Source: Vicugna vicugna
Taxonomy: Eukaryota
Length of the DNA stretch: 64,000 nucleotides
Direction: 5' to 3'
Assembly: GCA_013265495.1 (NCBI GenBank)
Contig: MU058287.1
Span: 62,001 to 126,000 of the forward strand
A program made the translations under genes and the position numbers. Numbering within the stretch: position 1 is the stretch's first letter; each line of letters starts with the position of its first letter. Positions 62,521-64,000 of the stretch are shown here, piece by piece. The notes beneath the pieces were generated by a model. That model ran no database searches. It had not been told where the DNA came from and saw nothing but the letters and a program-made list of their open reading frames with translations.

Positions 62521-64000
62521 ACTGTTCTCTCCTGGATTACATATATGTTTACCAAAGGTTACATAATATTCTCTAATTACATAAGAGTTTAGATGGATTT
62601 TTCATTGTCATCTCCCCTTTAATTAATGTTCTTATCATCGTACAGAGGACTCCTCCAGGCCTTCCCTTATGACACCTATAAATCTCACTGCCTTCTTCCC
62701 ATCTGTTCCCTCCACAGTTTTCCTTCATTCCATGATCCATGTCACTCCAGTTTTATTGCTACCCCTCAGAGTTCCATCTTCTTGTTCCCTCTGTCCACTG
62801 TGTCTAAAATTAACTTAAAAATCAGCAAAATCTTCATAACAAACATTATGGTATGCTTTATGTTAACCCCATGAAAGTCCAGTGTAATCAAAATGCAGTA
62901 TGTGATAGATACAAGTCATTGGAAATCTTACTCCCATAGATCAAGACAACTGTACTTTGGTCTTTTAAAATTCATATAAATGATGATTTCAGTTATTACT
63001 TAATGTGCTGCTTTTCCTATTTCAGTGCGTTGTTGGTTCTTGCCTGAGTTTGGTCAACTGGGCAGAAATTAGCAACTACAGCAATGACATAACTTGATAT
63101 TTAGACTATAGTTTTGGTGCAGTTACTTCTAATTAAGGATATTGAAGATGACCAAGTGAAATGAAATAAAACTCATCTGGATAAACTATATCACATACGG
63201 GAATAAATGTTAGAAGTCAAATGAATTTGCCCTCTAGTACAAACAGAATTGTACTAGTTTAGTGCATTCCAGAGAAAAAGGGAAAATAATATTAAGTTAA
63301 TTTAATGAAAACCACTCATGTGTAAAAAGGATAAAGATATGAATGGAATTTGGGTACATTTCCATACTTGTGGAATTGAATCCTAAACCTAAAATGACTC
63401 AGTAAATAAGCTGTGATTTCCAGACAGGCAGAATTGAGGGGGTGGAAAGATGATGCAGAAAGAATTAAACAGTAGAGAACATTCTAGAGGAACAAATGCT
63501 AGAATGACTCCAAAAACGTCCTGGAATTTTTTTTTTCATTCTGATAAATTTCTATTTATATTTCTTGGAGAGATATGGTACATTTGACCACTTCATTTCT
63601 ATCCGTAATACAAAATAATAAGAGCAACCAGCCTGCTAAGAACTCAAAGCCAGATGGTGTATATGTGTGCCATGCTGAGTTGATGGTTTGGAAATGCCAG
63701 CTCTGCAGAATGGCTGGAGCCAAATAATGCTTCAAGGTAATCCTACTTAAGAGTCAGTTGTGCATCTCTGTGTGACTTTTACATTCTTAATGTAATAAAT
63801 TTTAAGTTGCAGTGGACAACATGGTACATATAGGCAACAGAGCAAAATGTCCCTAATGTGATTTGTTAGCTGTCAGCTCAAATCGAATTTTAATAAAGTA
63901 GCAGAAATCTGGAATGGTTTAACAAAATGCTTCTTAAATAAGCAAATAACCAAAAGTCAATCCATGCTTCTCCACAGGGAATGGTGGACTGTTCCATAAT

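Larger units (their letters stand above)
12926..64000 (+). other. AIG1: AIG1 intron 1 (continues past the window end)
   Basis: Begins GTAAGA. I found no sequence encoding the expected continuation (VIQAVFFG...) by eye or in the ORF track. The region is repeat-dense. Confidence 0.8.

Noticed and set aside
1..64000. CRISPR arrays, operons or other prokaryote-type systems
   Set aside because: The sequence is mammalian, with no repeat-spacer arrays or dense coding regions.

Overview
Mammalian genomic DNA, probably a camelid (inferred from two tRNA-derived Vic-1-like SINEs). The only coding feature I can support is the first coding exon of AIG1 (androgen-induced gene 1, a FAHFA hydrolase): + strand, ATG 12785 to splice donor 12925/12926, inside a CpG-island promoter (~12330-13140). 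The ~12 kb upstream and ~51 kb downstream (intron 1; exon 2 not found in the window) are mostly interspersed repeats: L1/HAL1, L2, MIR, MaLR/ERVL LTRs, hAT MITEs and SINEs. The rest of the ORF track is L1 remnants or chance ORFs. I see no new multi-gene system. The most unusual structures are: (1) an 85-bp, 96%-identical direct duplication carrying AATAAA that brackets the AIG1 promoter and exon 1; (2) a candidate L1 3' transduction splitting an MLT1 LTR; (3) a TGACG triad overlapping two upstream ATGs that open an out-of-frame ORF over AIG1 exon 1; (4) inverted L1 pairs in intron 1. Repeat families and boundaries were assigned by eye and are approximate.
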